From Hypanus sabinus (taxonomy: Eukaryota): 64,000 nucleotides of DNA. Below are positions 48,351 through 61,237 of the stretch, piece after piece (the first letter of the stretch is position 1; each line of letters begins with the position of its first letter). Below the pieces are notes generated by a model. That model was not told the origin of the DNA. It saw only the letters and a program-made list of their open reading frames with translations, and ran no database searches. Both the position numbers and the translations under genes were made by a program. Location of the stretch: assembly GCF_030144855.1 (NCBI RefSeq), contig NC_082712.1, positions 148,552,001 through 148,616,000 on the forward strand, written 5' to 3'.

Positions 48351-49516
48351 ACTATCTACAACACCACCACCACCACCACCACCAAGTAGCTCAAGTGCAA
48401 TTTCTTTCAAAGGAGGATTGTCTTGCACATCAGATATCATACCCAGAGAGGCAAGGGGAGCCAAGATGTCCAGAGATTAAAGAGTAAAGGGATTCAAAGT
48501 ACATTTATTATCAATGTGTGTATGCAGTATACAACCTTGAGATTCGTCTTCTCCACAAAGCCACAAAACAAAAACATCAAAACTCCGTGTAAAAAGAAAC
48601 AAATTGCACAAATGGCAACAAAACATCACTCCCCAACACTTAAGAAAATGACAAATCACACAAACGGCAACAAGAACATCAACCCCCCCCCCCCCCACAC
48701 ATGCAAAAAAATTCAAATTGTGCAAAAAGCAACATGAGCATTAACAACCCCCACGTGCAAAAAAGAAGCAAATCATGCAAATAGCACAAAGAAAGTATGT
48801 GAGAACTCATGGAAAATCAAACGAGTCCATATTCATTTTGGCTCAGTGTTTGTTAGTCCGATCCATAAATTGCAAGCCCCGAATTTCAGTACCGGCCTCC
48901 AACAGCAACAATGCAAAGAGAGACCATTCAAATGAAGGGACCTTCCCATGGGAGCAGCGAGAGAGAGAGCGACACATGCAGACACCTCCCTCCGCCAGTA
49001 GAGCAGGAGGCTGCTAGACAGTACTGAACTCTCACTTGCCTTGATGTTTCAATCTTTAATTGACAAGATCAGTGAGAAATGAAGTTGATCATGGGCTAAC
49101 ACCCCATCTCTAAGCTTCTTGGCCTCAAAGCCACTTGCCTCCCTGAACCTTCTCAGAGACTGCAAGGTGCCAAATCACTCAATTGGCTTGAAATGACACC
49201 ATTAAACTGTAGATCACAGGCTCCAACAGTACCAGAACCACATTTAAAAGAAAAAGAAGACATAAAAGGTGTGAAAGAAACCGTTACGTGTACCACCTAG
49301 AGAATGTCACCCATGATAGTGTTGTTTGCTGGTGCCATCTTCTTCTGGAATATAGTTTATTCAATAAACAAATACATATGTGGACACACTTTGTAGGTGT
49401 TTGTCAGCACAGAAACACTTTCTCTATCTCTCTTAAGCACACATACATTACACATACACAATACATTTTGACCCAATTAAATGGCTGCCCCAGTTTGCTG
49501 AAGTTTCATGGAAATA

Positions 49517-49755
49517 CGGTACTGTGCAAAAGTTTTAGGCACATGTAAAAGGGGCTATAAAGCGAAGATGATTTCAAAAGTAATGAAATGTTTCTAAATA
49601 TAAAAAAATTACTATCAAGAGCAAGAAAAATAAAAGACTAAATCAAATCAATATTTGGTGTAACCACCCTTTATCTTTAAAACTGCATCAATTCTCTTAG
49701 GTACACTGTTGTGCAGTTTTATAAGAAAATCGGCTGGTAGGTTGTTCCAAGACGC
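49517..49755 (+). mobile_element. Tc1-like DNA transposon left-end fragment
   Basis: TA|CGGTACTGTGCAAAAGTTTTAGGCAC, followed by Tc1-type subterminal sequence (TCAATATTTGGTGTAACCACCCTT..AAAACTGCATCAATTCTCTTAGG). Confidence 0.55.
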
Positions 49756-50252
49756 TTGTACGCTGCTGTGTTCTTTTGATCGACCATAAATGAATACAAT
49801 TAGTGCAGACACCTAGAGCAGGTCATGGACGGCTTTCATACAATGCTTTTGATGATTGCATCCTCCAAATCTTCATGTTTGTTATAATATTCAAGGTGAT
49901 TGTTGACAGCTTCAAATTCTTTGTAGTTGCTAAATAATTGAAGTAGTGAAATCATTTCATTTTCACTCCCAGCCTGAATGCTTAAAATCGTTGCAAGCAA
50001 AACAGTTCTGAATTATTTCTTGGCTACTGTCAGTGACAAAATTCACTGCTTTTTTAACATAAGCACATTCAACTGACACTATTTAAGAACAGTTGGTTCT
50101 AAACACAGTGTGCTGTAACGACCATGCAAGTGCACATGACTGACTCTAGTTAGAAACTGTTCAGCAAGTCTCCTGTCCCAATTAAGTAGAATAGTGTCCC
50201 AAATAAATGAAGGGAATCTCAGTAATTTCTTGATTAATTTTTGTTATGTAAG

Positions 50253-50562
50253 NNNNNNNNNNNNNNNNNNNNNNNNNNNNNNNNNNNNNNNNNNNNNNNN
50301 NNNNNNNNNNNNNNNNNNNNNNNNNNNNNNNNNNNNNNNNNNNNNNNNNNNNNNNNNNNNNNNNNNNNNNNNNNNNNNNNNNNNNNNNNNNNNNNNNNNN
50401 NNNNNNNNNNNNNNNNNNNNNNNNNNNNNNNNNNNNNNNNNNNNNNNNNNNNNNNNNNNNNNNNNNNNNNNNNNNNNNNNNNNNNNNNNNNNNNNNNNNN
50501 NNNNNNNNNNNNNNNNNNNNNNNNNNNNNNNNNNNNNNNNNNNNNNNNNNNNNNNNNNNNNN
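50253..50562. other. Assembly gap (310 N)
   Basis: Run of N. Confidence 1.
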
Positions 50563-52789
50563 AGGAGCACACAGATTATGCACACCATATATGTGTTTAC
50601 ACACTCAGAAACACAGCACAGTTGCCCTTGCCCTATATTTTCTCTTGATATACGTCTCCTTTTGATTCATCCTACTCTTGATTCTCCCCATTCCTGAATA
50701 TATTGTCCTTCAGAGTAATCCTGATCCCTCATCTTTTCCTATCCCTCTCTGTCCTCCATCCTGACAGTCTACATGTGTACAGTTAATTGACAAAAAACTG
50801 AACTCGAACTTGAATTCCAGCATCTGTAGAATCTCTTGTGATGTCTGTAAGGAGTTTGTATGTTTTCCCTGTGACTGCACAGATTTCCTCTGGGTGATCA
50901 GCTTTCCTCAGACATTCCAGAGGCATTCCAGTTGGTAGGTCAGTTGGACACGTCTACAATTGGGCAGTGCAGGCTTGTTGGGATGAAAGAGCCTGTTATT
51001 GTGCTGTATCTCAAAAATAACAGCCCCTGCCCCCGACCCCATCCACTTACTCTGTTCCCGCTAAGACTCTAACCTGTTCCTTTGCATTTTATTCCATGGA
51101 TACCTTCCCAGCTCCACCTCCCGTCATTCTCCATCTATGGTTTGCTCAGCCTATTGCTTAGTGCAGACTCCCCAGCCTTCTCATAGAAGGCTACAGGAGA
51201 AACTGCAGCGCCATCTAGTGCTGCTTGATGTAAATGGTTTCTCAGGGCTATGGGGGAGTGAGGGTAGGTGGGTGCTGGCTTGTGATTTCCTATTCAATGG
51301 AGATGCAGATATACCTTGTGGGAGTGGGAGCATCTCACACAGTCACCATCTTTCAAAAGATAATCTGATGTGCTCAAATGATTGTTTAAGCTCACAAGAA
51401 CACTGTCTGGAGTTTGCAGACTCAAGATATTCTACAAATGCTGGAAATCTTGAGCAATACATAGAAAATTAACCTGCTGAAGGGTATCATCTAGAAATAT
51501 TGACTGTTTATTTTCCTCCAGAGATGCTGCCTGACCTTCTGAGTTCCTCCAGCATTTTGTGTGTGTGGAGCTTGCACATTTTCCCTCTCACTGCATGAGT
51601 TGCCCCCAGCTGCCTCCTATTTCTGGCGCAGAATTGGACATTAATTGGCTCCTGTGCATTGCGCCAGTGTGCAGGGGTGTGGTGGGATTTTGGAGGATGC
51701 AGAAGTTGATGGAAGTGTGGGGACACTAGGGTGGGATTGGTCTGAAAATGGGTGCTTGTTGGTCAGTGGTGGACCAAGGGGTCTGTTTCCTTGCTACGTC
51801 GCCTTGAGACTCTGGAGCACCATCACCATGGAAACGCTCTTCTTGGACCATATCTCACAGACAGTCTGAGGAAACCCAAGGACCAGAAGCTGCAGGGGTG
51901 CAAATAGCACATAGTGTTCTGAAAGCGATTATAATCGCCATGTGTGATGTGATGGCATTTCTACCAGAAAACATAGGATTGACGGAAGTGACCAGAAGAC
52001 CTATGAGCTAACTAACCACAACAAAAGGGATCGTTGAATTAGGTTTATGGGCACTTGAAAGCAAAGATCCTGCAGTACAAGGATTCCAATGAATTGCTAG
52101 CAGTCAGCACATTATATTCAAACCCATGGAGTTGACAAATAAGTGGGAGCATAATTTTCTGGTGATTGATATATGGGTGTAGGGGGGAGGGGAGTTCAAG
52201 AGATAAGTACTTTTTCCACAGAGAGCTGTGGGTTTGTAGAACGCTCTGCCAGAAGTGGTTGTAGAGGCAGATACATTAGGGACATTTTAAGAATCCCTTA
52301 GGTAGATACACGGAAGATAGAAAAATAGAGAGCTATGTTGTTGTGTAAAGAAAGTCACCGGAGAAAAGTACTGATAGATATGAAGCAGCCTCTTCATTTA
52401 ACAAAACAAGTTACAGCAGGCATCATATTAAGATGCTTTTGGTGGAAAGATCTGCCTGGCCCACGCTACCCGATATTTTATCTGCTGAACATCAAAGGAC
52501 AATTCCATATTTACAATGCATCCACAATGCTTTCTTTGGATCTACACACAAACTTCACATGTCCTGATTCAAACCCATACCACAGACATCTGAGTAAGTT
52601 TTAATCAACATTCTCTGGACTGTGATTCAAGGCTTTTTGAAACCTATTGCTCAGAGCTGCATTTTAAATTAAATCTACAATCTATACTCAGATTTGAAGA
52701 TTGATGGCTGAAGTCATTTGCTAGGTGTGCTAAACCCAAAAATCGCTCTAACGATCTACTGTATGTTGGAGAGAATGTTTGGATTGGCC

Positions 52790-54110
52790 TTCGAGTGGGA
52801 TAAAAGGTTTGGCACAAAATCATAGGTCAAAAGGCTTGTAGAGTACTGTAATGCTCTAAGCTTTACACTCTATGTTCTAATCGCAGTGTCTTGACTGATG
52901 AACACCAGCATGCTAATCACCTGCTTCACCACTCTGTCTTCTTATACGGCTGCTTTCTGTGAACTGTGCACTTGTGTTCCCATGTCCCTCTGTCCCACAG
53001 CACGTGTTAGTGCCCTGCCTTTCACATTTCTATAGGTCCAACTTTGGTTTGACTGACTAAAATGCATCACCTCACGCTTATTCAGGTTGAGATCCATTTG
53101 CCATTCCTCAGCTCATCTCCCTAGCTAATCAAGATCTTTTCGCTATTCATTGTAACCTGCTTCATGATCAACAAGTCCTCTTAATTTAGTGTCATCAACA
53201 AACTTGCTAATCATGCCATGCATATTCATATCTAAATGATTTACATACATAATGAATAATAGCGGTACCAACATTGACCCCTAAGACATTACACTAGTCA
53301 CAGGCCTCTGTTTCGAGAATTGACCTTCAACCATCACCCTCTTCTTCCTATCTTTGAGTCCATCTTGTTAGCTCCCCATGAACCTAACTTTCCAGATCGG
53401 CCTGCCATGCAAGATTTTGTCAAAAGTCTTACTAAAGAGAGACAAAATCCACTGCTTTACCTTCATCTACCCCCTTAGCTACCTTTGACAAAAATTGTCA
53501 GACATGACCTCCATGTTAACTATTTCTGATCAGGTTTTGACTATTCAAGTTATCTTGTCTCTTAGCTCACCAGCCTGCAGATCCCTGGCCTGTTATAGCT
53601 ATACTTGTTAAACAATGAAACAACATTACCCACCGTCCAGTCTTCTGGAACTTTGCCAATTGGTAACAGAGAAGCAATTGTCTCTACATAGGCCTCTGTG
53701 ATTTCTTACTTGGCTCTCCATAAGTTTGAGGGGTGCACTTGGTCAGGCCCTGTGGATTTGCCTGCCTTAGTGCACTTCAAATCAACAGATACCTCCTTCC
53801 TCATAAGAGTTCCAAGACCTCACTATTTATTGCCCTCATTTATTTGGCATCAATTTTATTTTTGTTAATAAACTCTGAAGAGGAAATACACATTAAAAAA
53901 TCTCAGCCATCACCTGTGGCTCCACACACAAGCAGCCATGATAATCTTTAAAGAGGACCTAATTCTCCCTAGTTACCCTTTTACTGCTAATATAACTGCA
54001 GAACCTATTGGGATTATCTTTAACCTCTCCTGTCAAATCTATCTCATACCCTCTTTTTACCCTCCTGAATTCCCTCTTAAGTGTGGTTTTCAATTTTTTT
54101 ATTTTCATTG
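52790..54110 (-). mobile_element. Highly degenerate CR1 fragments
   Basis: Reverse-complement CR1 RT-like segments (TTAGTGTCATCAACAAACTT = KFVDDTK; CAGGTTGAGATCCATTTGCCA). Confidence 0.55.
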
Positions 54111-57100
54111 AGGGATTCATTCATAGCTGTCTGCCATCAAACACCCAAATTCCAGCCATGCTGAGGACCATGAACAGGGATGGACTTATCAAACACAAAG
54201 AAACAACTGGTGCTCACTTGAAGGAGCACTTGAAATTACCTCTGGCTCCAGCCTACAGCAAAATGTTTGGTCAGTCCTTGCCACAAGACCAAAGTCAAAA
54301 AGAGCAGCTAATATAACAAACAACAAGGCCCCAGGAGCATATTTTATCCCAGGATATGTCCATTTGTCAGGAGCACTGTAAATCCCTGAAGGAAAGGACC
54401 ACCTCCCAGACCACTCACTCACCTGTACTGCTAAACAGCACCTGCTCCTCCTGGGGCCTTGTCACCCATCTTCGAACACACCGAACTGAAGGAAAAGCAA
54501 ATCAGCCCAATTTTTAGCAACTGGGAAAGAAGATTTGAGGGACAAGCTCCAAAGAAATGCTGTGAAGTTCAATTAATCCACAAGGTGGCAGCATCACGCA
54601 GGTGGACAACCAAAGAAGGTATTTTACTGCACTAAATAAGAGTAAAAAAAAGCTGAGAAATTTGGGGAAATGGGTGAATGGAGAATTGGATATAAAATAA
54701 TAACAATAAATTACAGATTTAGCAAATTCTAACTGTAAATATTATACTTATATTTATATTTATTATACTTATAAAGATTTATTGTAAAGTAGCAAAAATA
54801 TTAAAAAGATTAAATAAAGCTAAATATAAAATATTTTAAAATAAAAGACTCCAGCGGCCATATGAAGATTTACTGTGAGAAAAATATCATGCAAAATTGC
54901 ATTTACAGTTTGAGTATGTGGTTAAGCCTGACCACTAGTTTAGAGTGACAAGCCAAAGAGGCAGGGCAGCCCATCAGCTGCCAAAGTACAAGCCTGAAGA
55001 AGAGAGAGAGAGTTCCTGTTATTTCAGAGTTAACCTCATGGTCTGAAACAGGTGGAAGACCTCTCTGAAAAACACATTCTGCAAGACAAAGGTAATATAG
55101 GAAATGGCACTTCTATTTACACAGTGTGTAATGACTTTTCATTTGGGGCAGAACTATGACTGAATTTTTGTGTTAGATTACTTATTTTTAGTATCTTAGC
55201 TGCACTGAGATTATCTAAATGTTATCAAAACTATAGCCATAGCATACAAACATTATATACTGTATATTATAATATCAAATAAGCTCTAATTTTCACCATG
55301 ACATTTAACTTGAGCATATTGAAACCTGCTAAAAGAATAATAAAACATTCTAATAGGCAAGAGAGTGAAGAATTGTACCAAATATTACTCACAATTAATT
55401 TTATTGATTTTACATTTCGATGTTTTGAATTTTGAATATTTTTAAATATATACGTTATGAAATAGATTTTTCTTTAAATTTTCAAATGGCTGCTTTGCTA
55501 AGCATAGTAAGACTGGATTTAGGATAATGTTGCATATTATATCATACTTTACATTAGAAAGAGCTCTGATAAATATAAAGAGAGGAGGTATGGAGTATTT
55601 CCTGGATAATGAGGGAATTAAGTTGTTTTTGTGAAATGGTGGAATGCGTTTCTATGAATTTTACTCCAGATGACTAGAGAGAATAGACAGAACTATAATA
55701 AATTTTTAAAACTATATTGCTGACTGCTGTGTCACAATATCTTCAGTGTTTCAAAATTTTTTATGAAGTCCAAATCCATTAAAATTAACCTCTAAGGTTG
55801 ACGATATTAATGTTTTGAAATAGCATTTGTTAAAAATGGCAAGAACATCTATAAACCAATCGACCTTTCTGCTATCAGCACTAGAATTCTGAATGCAGTA
55901 AATAATTTGTACTGCTTTCTAAACTGAGCGCTTTTTACATTGAGTCTCTTTTTTTTTTAAATAGCTCGGCAAGTATTACAAAACATAATGGTGTTTCTGT
56001 ACCGGCCAGTTGGTGCAATTCTATCATTCTGTATTCTGAATTTTATCCAGCTATTTAGCTGATATTTAGGCTGGTATCAGTGCAGAATATTACATAATTT
56101 ACCAAAAGACACCAATGGATCACAACCAGGATTTTCCTCAATTGTCCTTTGTCTACATTCAGTAGGCATATGGTTACTGTACCAAATTGCCTACTACTTT
56201 AGAGACAAGGTAGAAATACATTGCGCCTACAGCTTTGGAATATGTGACAATATTATCTTTAAGGATGACATCAGTAACAGATAGTGTGTCTGTCTCATTA
56301 CACAAATTAGACTTCCTGTGCTTTATTGCAAAGATAATGAATAAATATTATGAGTTAGATCATTTTAGATTATTTTATTGGAAAATATTTTACCAATCCA
56401 ACAATTACAGTTGTTAACAATTTTGAGACAATCTAAGACTTAGTATCAACTTAAATCTTTGGCTTTCACTTCTTTGCTAAAGACTCTAGTCTGTGGTGGA
56501 CTTAGTTGTGCAATGAATTGATTTCATTGGGTGGATATTATTGATATGTAATTGTAAGCCATTTGCAGATAGAAATGAGGCTCATTTTCAATCTGTGACT
56601 GTTCTTTGGTAATGTTGCTTGATGTTCCAAATAGAGGTAATTTCTGTGAGTTGAAGGGAATTGCACTTTCTCTTAACTCCAGTGTATTCTCTCCCAAATA
56701 TGACAAATAGCTATTTATAATCATTTCTGTTTCTGCTCTCAGTCTAGATTTTCATTGAAATTTGTGTCTGTGGTGCTGTTTCTTCTTCTATTCTACAGAC
56801 TTCAATTTTGCTAACAAGTCTGACAGGTGAATAGAATAATTAAATTAACAGGTTAATTGAAGGATTGCTTTTCCTTTTGAAGATCTACCTTCACGGTTAC
56901 CTCAACTAAAAAAAACCAATAAATGTAATGGATTTTGATTTGATGAATTCTGCACTGTCTTTCCTTTATTACCCCATAATATATTCAAATCCTGCTATCA
57001 TTCTTTTGGATTATTTTTTAAAGACAATTTTATCACCAAGGCTAGGCTGGATGGCTTGTCATTTTCAGATACACCCTTCTGTTTTTGAACACAAGTTTAT

Positions 57101-57404
57101 CAATTCCTCCTTGGTCATCAAAAACCCTTGGAGATAAACATAATGTAACTTAGTCAAGGGAGACAGAGTTAAGAGGCTGTTTTACAGTCTGACAGAGTGA
57201 CTTACTTAACTCTGCAAATTCCTGCCAGGTAGAATATGCTATATTTAACTTTCTCATATTGGATAAGGTTAGAATAACATTGTGCCATTGAGATTAAAAG
57301 CACAATGTCAGGCTTTGAATTAGAATGTAGGTATTTTAAATTAAAATTTAATTAAAACAGACCGTCTTAAATTAATGACATAAGGAATGATCCTGTTTTA
57401 ATCA

Positions 57405-57430
57405 ATATCCACTTTTATGTCTCTATTAGA
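57405..57430 (+). promoter_or_regulatory. Splice acceptor of the RAG1 coding exon
   Basis: Pyrimidine tract CACTTTTATGTCTCTATTAG|A (AG at 57428-57429), 13 nt before the ATG; same layout as tetrapod RAG1 exon 2. Confidence 0.7.
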
Positions 57431-57442
57431 TATCACTTTCTA

Positions 57443-60400
57443 ATGGAAATGGAGGTGCCTATGCAAATTATACCTGAATATTTCAAGAACTCAGAAGCGA
57501 GGCCAACAGTAAATGTCCAAACAGAAGCCAAGATTTCAACAGAAAAGGCTTTTGAGTCCCAGGCTGTTCTGCCTGTCCGTGGTGTAATGTGGCAAATGAC
57601 TCCTCCTCAGACCAAGCCACAGGGAACTCTGTCTTTAGAAACATTGCCCGTGGACAAGAAGACTTTGGAAGATAAGTTCCTGGATGTCAACCTCCCAAAA
57701 GCCAAGTTCTATGACTATATGCAAATGGAAACAAAATCTTTAGAAGATCACGTGTTGAAGTTACAAAATCTCTGCCGCATTTGTGGAGTTTCCTTTAACA
57801 TGAACAGTTATGACATGAAATACCCAGTCAATGGCCCTGTTGATCATGTCACACAAGAGGTTCTTAAGAAAATGGGATATGGAAACAGTTTTTGGCCAGA
57901 ACTCATCCACAATACATTTAATATAGATGTCATGACAGATTCAGAGGCCAGACATCCCACCCACTTCTGCCATAGTTGTTGGCAGATTGTCATTCAGACA
58001 ATCAACAATCCAACAAATGAAGATGCATTCTTTCCCGTAAGCACAATTATTCAGTGGAAACCACACTCCAGTTTTTGCAATGTTTGCAACTCCTCAAGTG
58101 GAACACGCAAACGCAAAGTTCTCAAACTGAGTGCGCCAGGCACCAAGAAGCCTAAAGTATCAGTTGATATGCCTATCAAAGCAAGAATCATTAAAAGAAA
58201 AGATAAAATAAATTCAACAAGTATCTTATTGGCTAAAAAGATTGTGAGCTGCAAGAAGATCCATCTAAGTTCAAAAGTCCTTCTGCATGATTATCCCAAT
58301 AACTTCATTCAGTCAGTGTCATGCCAGGTTTGTGAACACTTGCTAGTTGACCCTGTGCAGTCACCATGCAAGCATCTCTTCTGCAGAACGTGCATTCTTA
58401 AATGCACTACAGTACTTGGAAAATTTTGTCCAGTTTGTAGATTTCCATGTGATCCTGCAGAGTTTAAAAGCCCAGTGAAATCATTCATTAGTGTTCTCAA
58501 TTCATTAGTTCTAAAATGTCCTGTGGAAGACTGTGAAAAAGAGGTAAGATTTGGTGAATATCCCAAACACACCCAGTGTCACAAAAAAACAAGAATGTCA
58601 CAGGCCTATTCTCCAATAAACAAAGGTGGCCGGCCCAGACAACATTTGCTCTCTCTAACTCGCAGGGCTCAAAAACATCGTCTGCGTGATCTCAAACTTC
58701 AGGTTAAGGCATTTGCGGAAAAGGAGGAAGGTGGTGATGTGAAGTCAGTATGCCTTACTCTGTTGTTGCTGGCATTGAGAGCTGGAAATGAGCACAAGCA
58801 AGCAGATGAACTGGAAGCTCTCATGCAAGGTCATGGATCAGGGCTGAAGTCAGGTGTCTGCCTTGCCATTAGGATTAGTACGTTCCTGAGTTGCAGTCAG
58901 TATCATAAAATGTATAGGACGGTCAAAGCAGCAACTGGGAAGCAGATCTTCCAACCACTGCATGCACTCCGGAATACCGAGAAAACATTGTTGCCAGGTT
59001 ACCATTCATTTGAATGGGAGCCTCCTCTCGCAAATGTCTCCACCAACACTGAAGTGGGAATAATAGATGGTACATGTGGCTGGTTGCAATGCGTTGACGA
59101 CTACCCATTGGAAACAATTTCGAGAAGGTTTAGGTATGATGTGGCAATTGTTTCAGCACTGAAGGATCTTGAGGATCATATTTTGGAAGGTTTAAAACTT
59201 AGAAATATAGATGAGTATGTGGGTGGACCTTTTACTGTAGTAATCAAAGAATCTTGTGATGGAATGGGAGATGTTAGTGAGAAACATGGATGTGGCCCCT
59301 CAGTTCCGGAAAAGGCAGTGAGGTATTCATTTACAATCATGAGTATAAGCGTGGCAAATGAAGATAATGAGAAGGTGAAAATATTTGAAGAGCTCAAGCC
59401 AAATTCTGAATTGTGCTGCAAGCCTCTTTGCTTGATGCTGGCGGACGAATCTGACCATGAAACTTTGACGGCAATATTGGGTCCGCTAATCACGGAAAGG
59501 GAAGCAATGAAAAACAGTGACTTAATCCTCGAAATTGCAGATATACCTCGATCCTTCCAGATTGTCTTCAGAGGCACAGGATATGATGAGAAGCTGGTTC
59601 GTGAAGTCGAAGGCCTTGAAGCCTCAGGCTCTATGTACGTGTGTACGCTATGTGATTGCACTCGAAGTGAAGCTTCGCAAAATCTGATCTTTCACTCTAT
59701 AACGCGGAGCCATGAAGAGAACTTGGAGCGGTATGAAATTTGGCGCACAAATCCATATCATGAGACAGCTGAACAGTTACGCGACAGAGTGAAAGGGGTT
59801 TCAGCAAAAGCATTCATTGAAACATTGCCCTCCATAGATGCTTTGCATTGTGACATTGGGAATGCAACAGAATTCTACAAGCTGTTCCAGGATGAGATTG
59901 GGGAGATGCACAAACATCCCAGTCCATCTAAGGAGGAAAAGAAAAGGTGGCAAGCATTGCTTGATAAACACCTAAGAAAGAAGATGAACCTGAAACCAGT
60001 CATGAGGATGAATGGAAACTTTGCAAGGAAACTAATGACTAATGAGACTGTGGAAGCAGTTTGTGAATTGATTCCCTCCGAAGAAAGACGAGAGATTCTC
60101 AGGGAGCTGATGCACCTTTACACCCTTATGAAACCTGTGTGGCGGTCCACATTCCCACTCAGAGAATGCCCTGAACTGCTCTGTCAATACAGCTTTAATT
60201 CCCAGAGATTTGCAGAACTGCTTCATACAGAGTTCAAGTACCGGTATGATGGCAAGATCACCAACTACCTTCATAAGACTTTGGCTCACGTCCCTGAGAT
60301 CATTGAAAGGGATGGCTCTATCGGGGCATGGGCAAGTGAAGGAAATGAATCCGGCAACAAACTCTTCCGGCGTTTCAGAAAAATGAATGCAAGGCAGTCC

Positions 60401-60580
60401 AAGAGCTATGAGTTGGAAGATATTCTGAAGCACCACTGGTTGTATACTTCAAAGTATTTACAGAGGTTTATGGATGTGAACAACGAATTACAAAATGAAG
60501 CAAATTCATTTGTACCAGATGAATTAATCACCCAACACGATCCAATAAATTCAATAGATGATGATTCCCTTTTTTTTTAA
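57443..60580 (+). CDS. RAG1: V(D)J recombination-activating protein 1, 1045 aa, single coding exon
   Basis: LCRICG N-terminal domain; [25 protein letters not shown]; nonamer-binding [21 protein letters not shown]; catalytic ESCD606G, GYD715E and GNE969SG; Zn ligands (CTLCD; LHK..H). Confidence 0.99.
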   Translation: MEMEVPMQIIPEYFKNSEARPTVNVQTEAKISTEKAFESQAVLPVRGVMWQMTPPQTKPQGTLSLETLPVDKKTLEDKFLDVNLPKAKFYDYMQMETKSLEDHVLKLQNLCRICGVSFNMNSYDMKYPVNGPVDHVTQEVLKKMGYGNSFWPELIHNTFNIDVMTDSEARHPTHFCHSCWQIVIQTINNPTNEDAFFPVSTIIQWKPHSSFCNVCNSSSGTRKRKVLKLSAPGTKKPKVSVDMPIKARIIKRKDKINSTSILLAKKIVSCKKIHLSSKVLLHDYPNNFIQSVSCQVCEHLLVDPVQSPCKHLFCRTCILKCTTVLGKFCPVCRFPCDPAEFKSPVKSFISVLNSLVLKCPVEDCEKEVRFGEYPKHTQCHKKTRMSQAYSPINKGGRPRQHLLSLTRRAQKHRLRDLKLQVKAFAEKEEGGDVKSVCLTLLLLALRAGNEHKQADELEALMQGHGSGLKSGVCLAIRISTFLSCSQYHKMYRTVKAATGKQIFQPLHALRNTEKTLLPGYHSFEWEPPLANVSTNTEVGIIDGTCGWLQCVDDYPLETISRRFRYDVAIVSALKDLEDHILEGLKLRNIDEYVGGPFTVVIKESCDGMGDVSEKHGCGPSVPEKAVRYSFTIMSISVANEDNEKVKIFEELKPNSELCCKPLCLMLADESDHETLTAILGPLITEREAMKNSDLILEIADIPRSFQIVFRGTGYDEKLVREVEGLEASGSMYVCTLCDCTRSEASQNLIFHSITRSHEENLERYEIWRTNPYHETAEQLRDRVKGVSAKAFIETLPSIDALHCDIGNATEFYKLFQDEIGEMHKHPSPSKEEKKRWQALLDKHLRKKMNLKPVMRMNGNFARKLMTNETVEAVCELIPSEERREILRELMHLYTLMKPVWRSTFPLRECPELLCQYSFNSQRFAELLHTEFKYRYDGKITNYLHKTLAHVPEIIERDGSIGAWASEGNESGNKLFRRFRKMNARQSKSYELEDILKHHWLYTSKYLQRFMDVNNELQNEANSFVPDELITQHDPINSIDDDSLFF

Positions 60581-60934
60581 AGTTGAGTTCCTGAATTTGA
60601 AGTTGGTTTTAAGTCTCTTTAACCACAGAAGACGAAACAGTCTGTAATGTGGTGGCTTGTTGTGGCCATACCTGGGAGATAGAGTTGATGCTGACGAAGT
60701 CCCAGAGGTGTGATTAAGAGAATAGGGTCAGTGTACGATGGACAAGGTCAGCTGATAAACGTAAGTGTTAGCTGCAGTCAAAGCAGGAAGTGATCACAAA
60801 TCAGTGAGTTTTTCTGTATTTGAATTTTGTTCGGTAATCATAGAAAGCAGAAACTTTGGTTAGATTCTCTGCCTAAAAGTGAAAAAAAAGACCTTGGCAA
60901 GATGAGGTAATTTTTCAATGAAGGAGAGATAACT

Positions 60935-61237
60935 TTCTTTCCCTCATTAGTGAGAGAGAGAGCCTGCTTGGATGTTGAAGTGTTAGGATGGACAGTAGTT
61001 TTTGATGTCATGGTCTGTGGGGGTTTGCTATTGCGTGGGTTGGGAATGGCCAATGCTTTTGCTGGGGTGGGTAGAAGCTTTTTCTACTGCTGTGTGTGGC
61101 TGGGGCTTCAGTGTTCTGAAGTTTTCCTGTCATTCATTTGTTGTTTTTGTTTCTCTTTTGTGGATGTCTTCGAAGAGTAAGGATTTCAGCTTGTATACTG
61201 TATACATCCTCAGATATTACGTTGAACCATTGAACCA
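60935..61237 (+). mobile_element. LINE 3'-UTR-type repeat inside the presumed RAG1 3' UTR
   Basis: Similar to the repeat split by the Gypsy element (GAGAGAGCCTG..GTTGAA..AGTTTTTG..GTGGATGT..TGTATAC); ends in TTGAACCATTGAACC. Confidence 0.6.

Noticed and set aside
50182-50697. ORFs of 112-167 aa in the ORF track
   Set aside because: Artefacts of translating the N gap.
55120-55126. CACAGTG heptamer upstream of RAG1 (others at 12148 and 50104) as a relic RAG-transposon TIR or RSS
   Set aside because: No ACAAAAACC-like nonamer at 12- or 23-bp spacing, and a few 7-mers are expected by chance in 64 kb.
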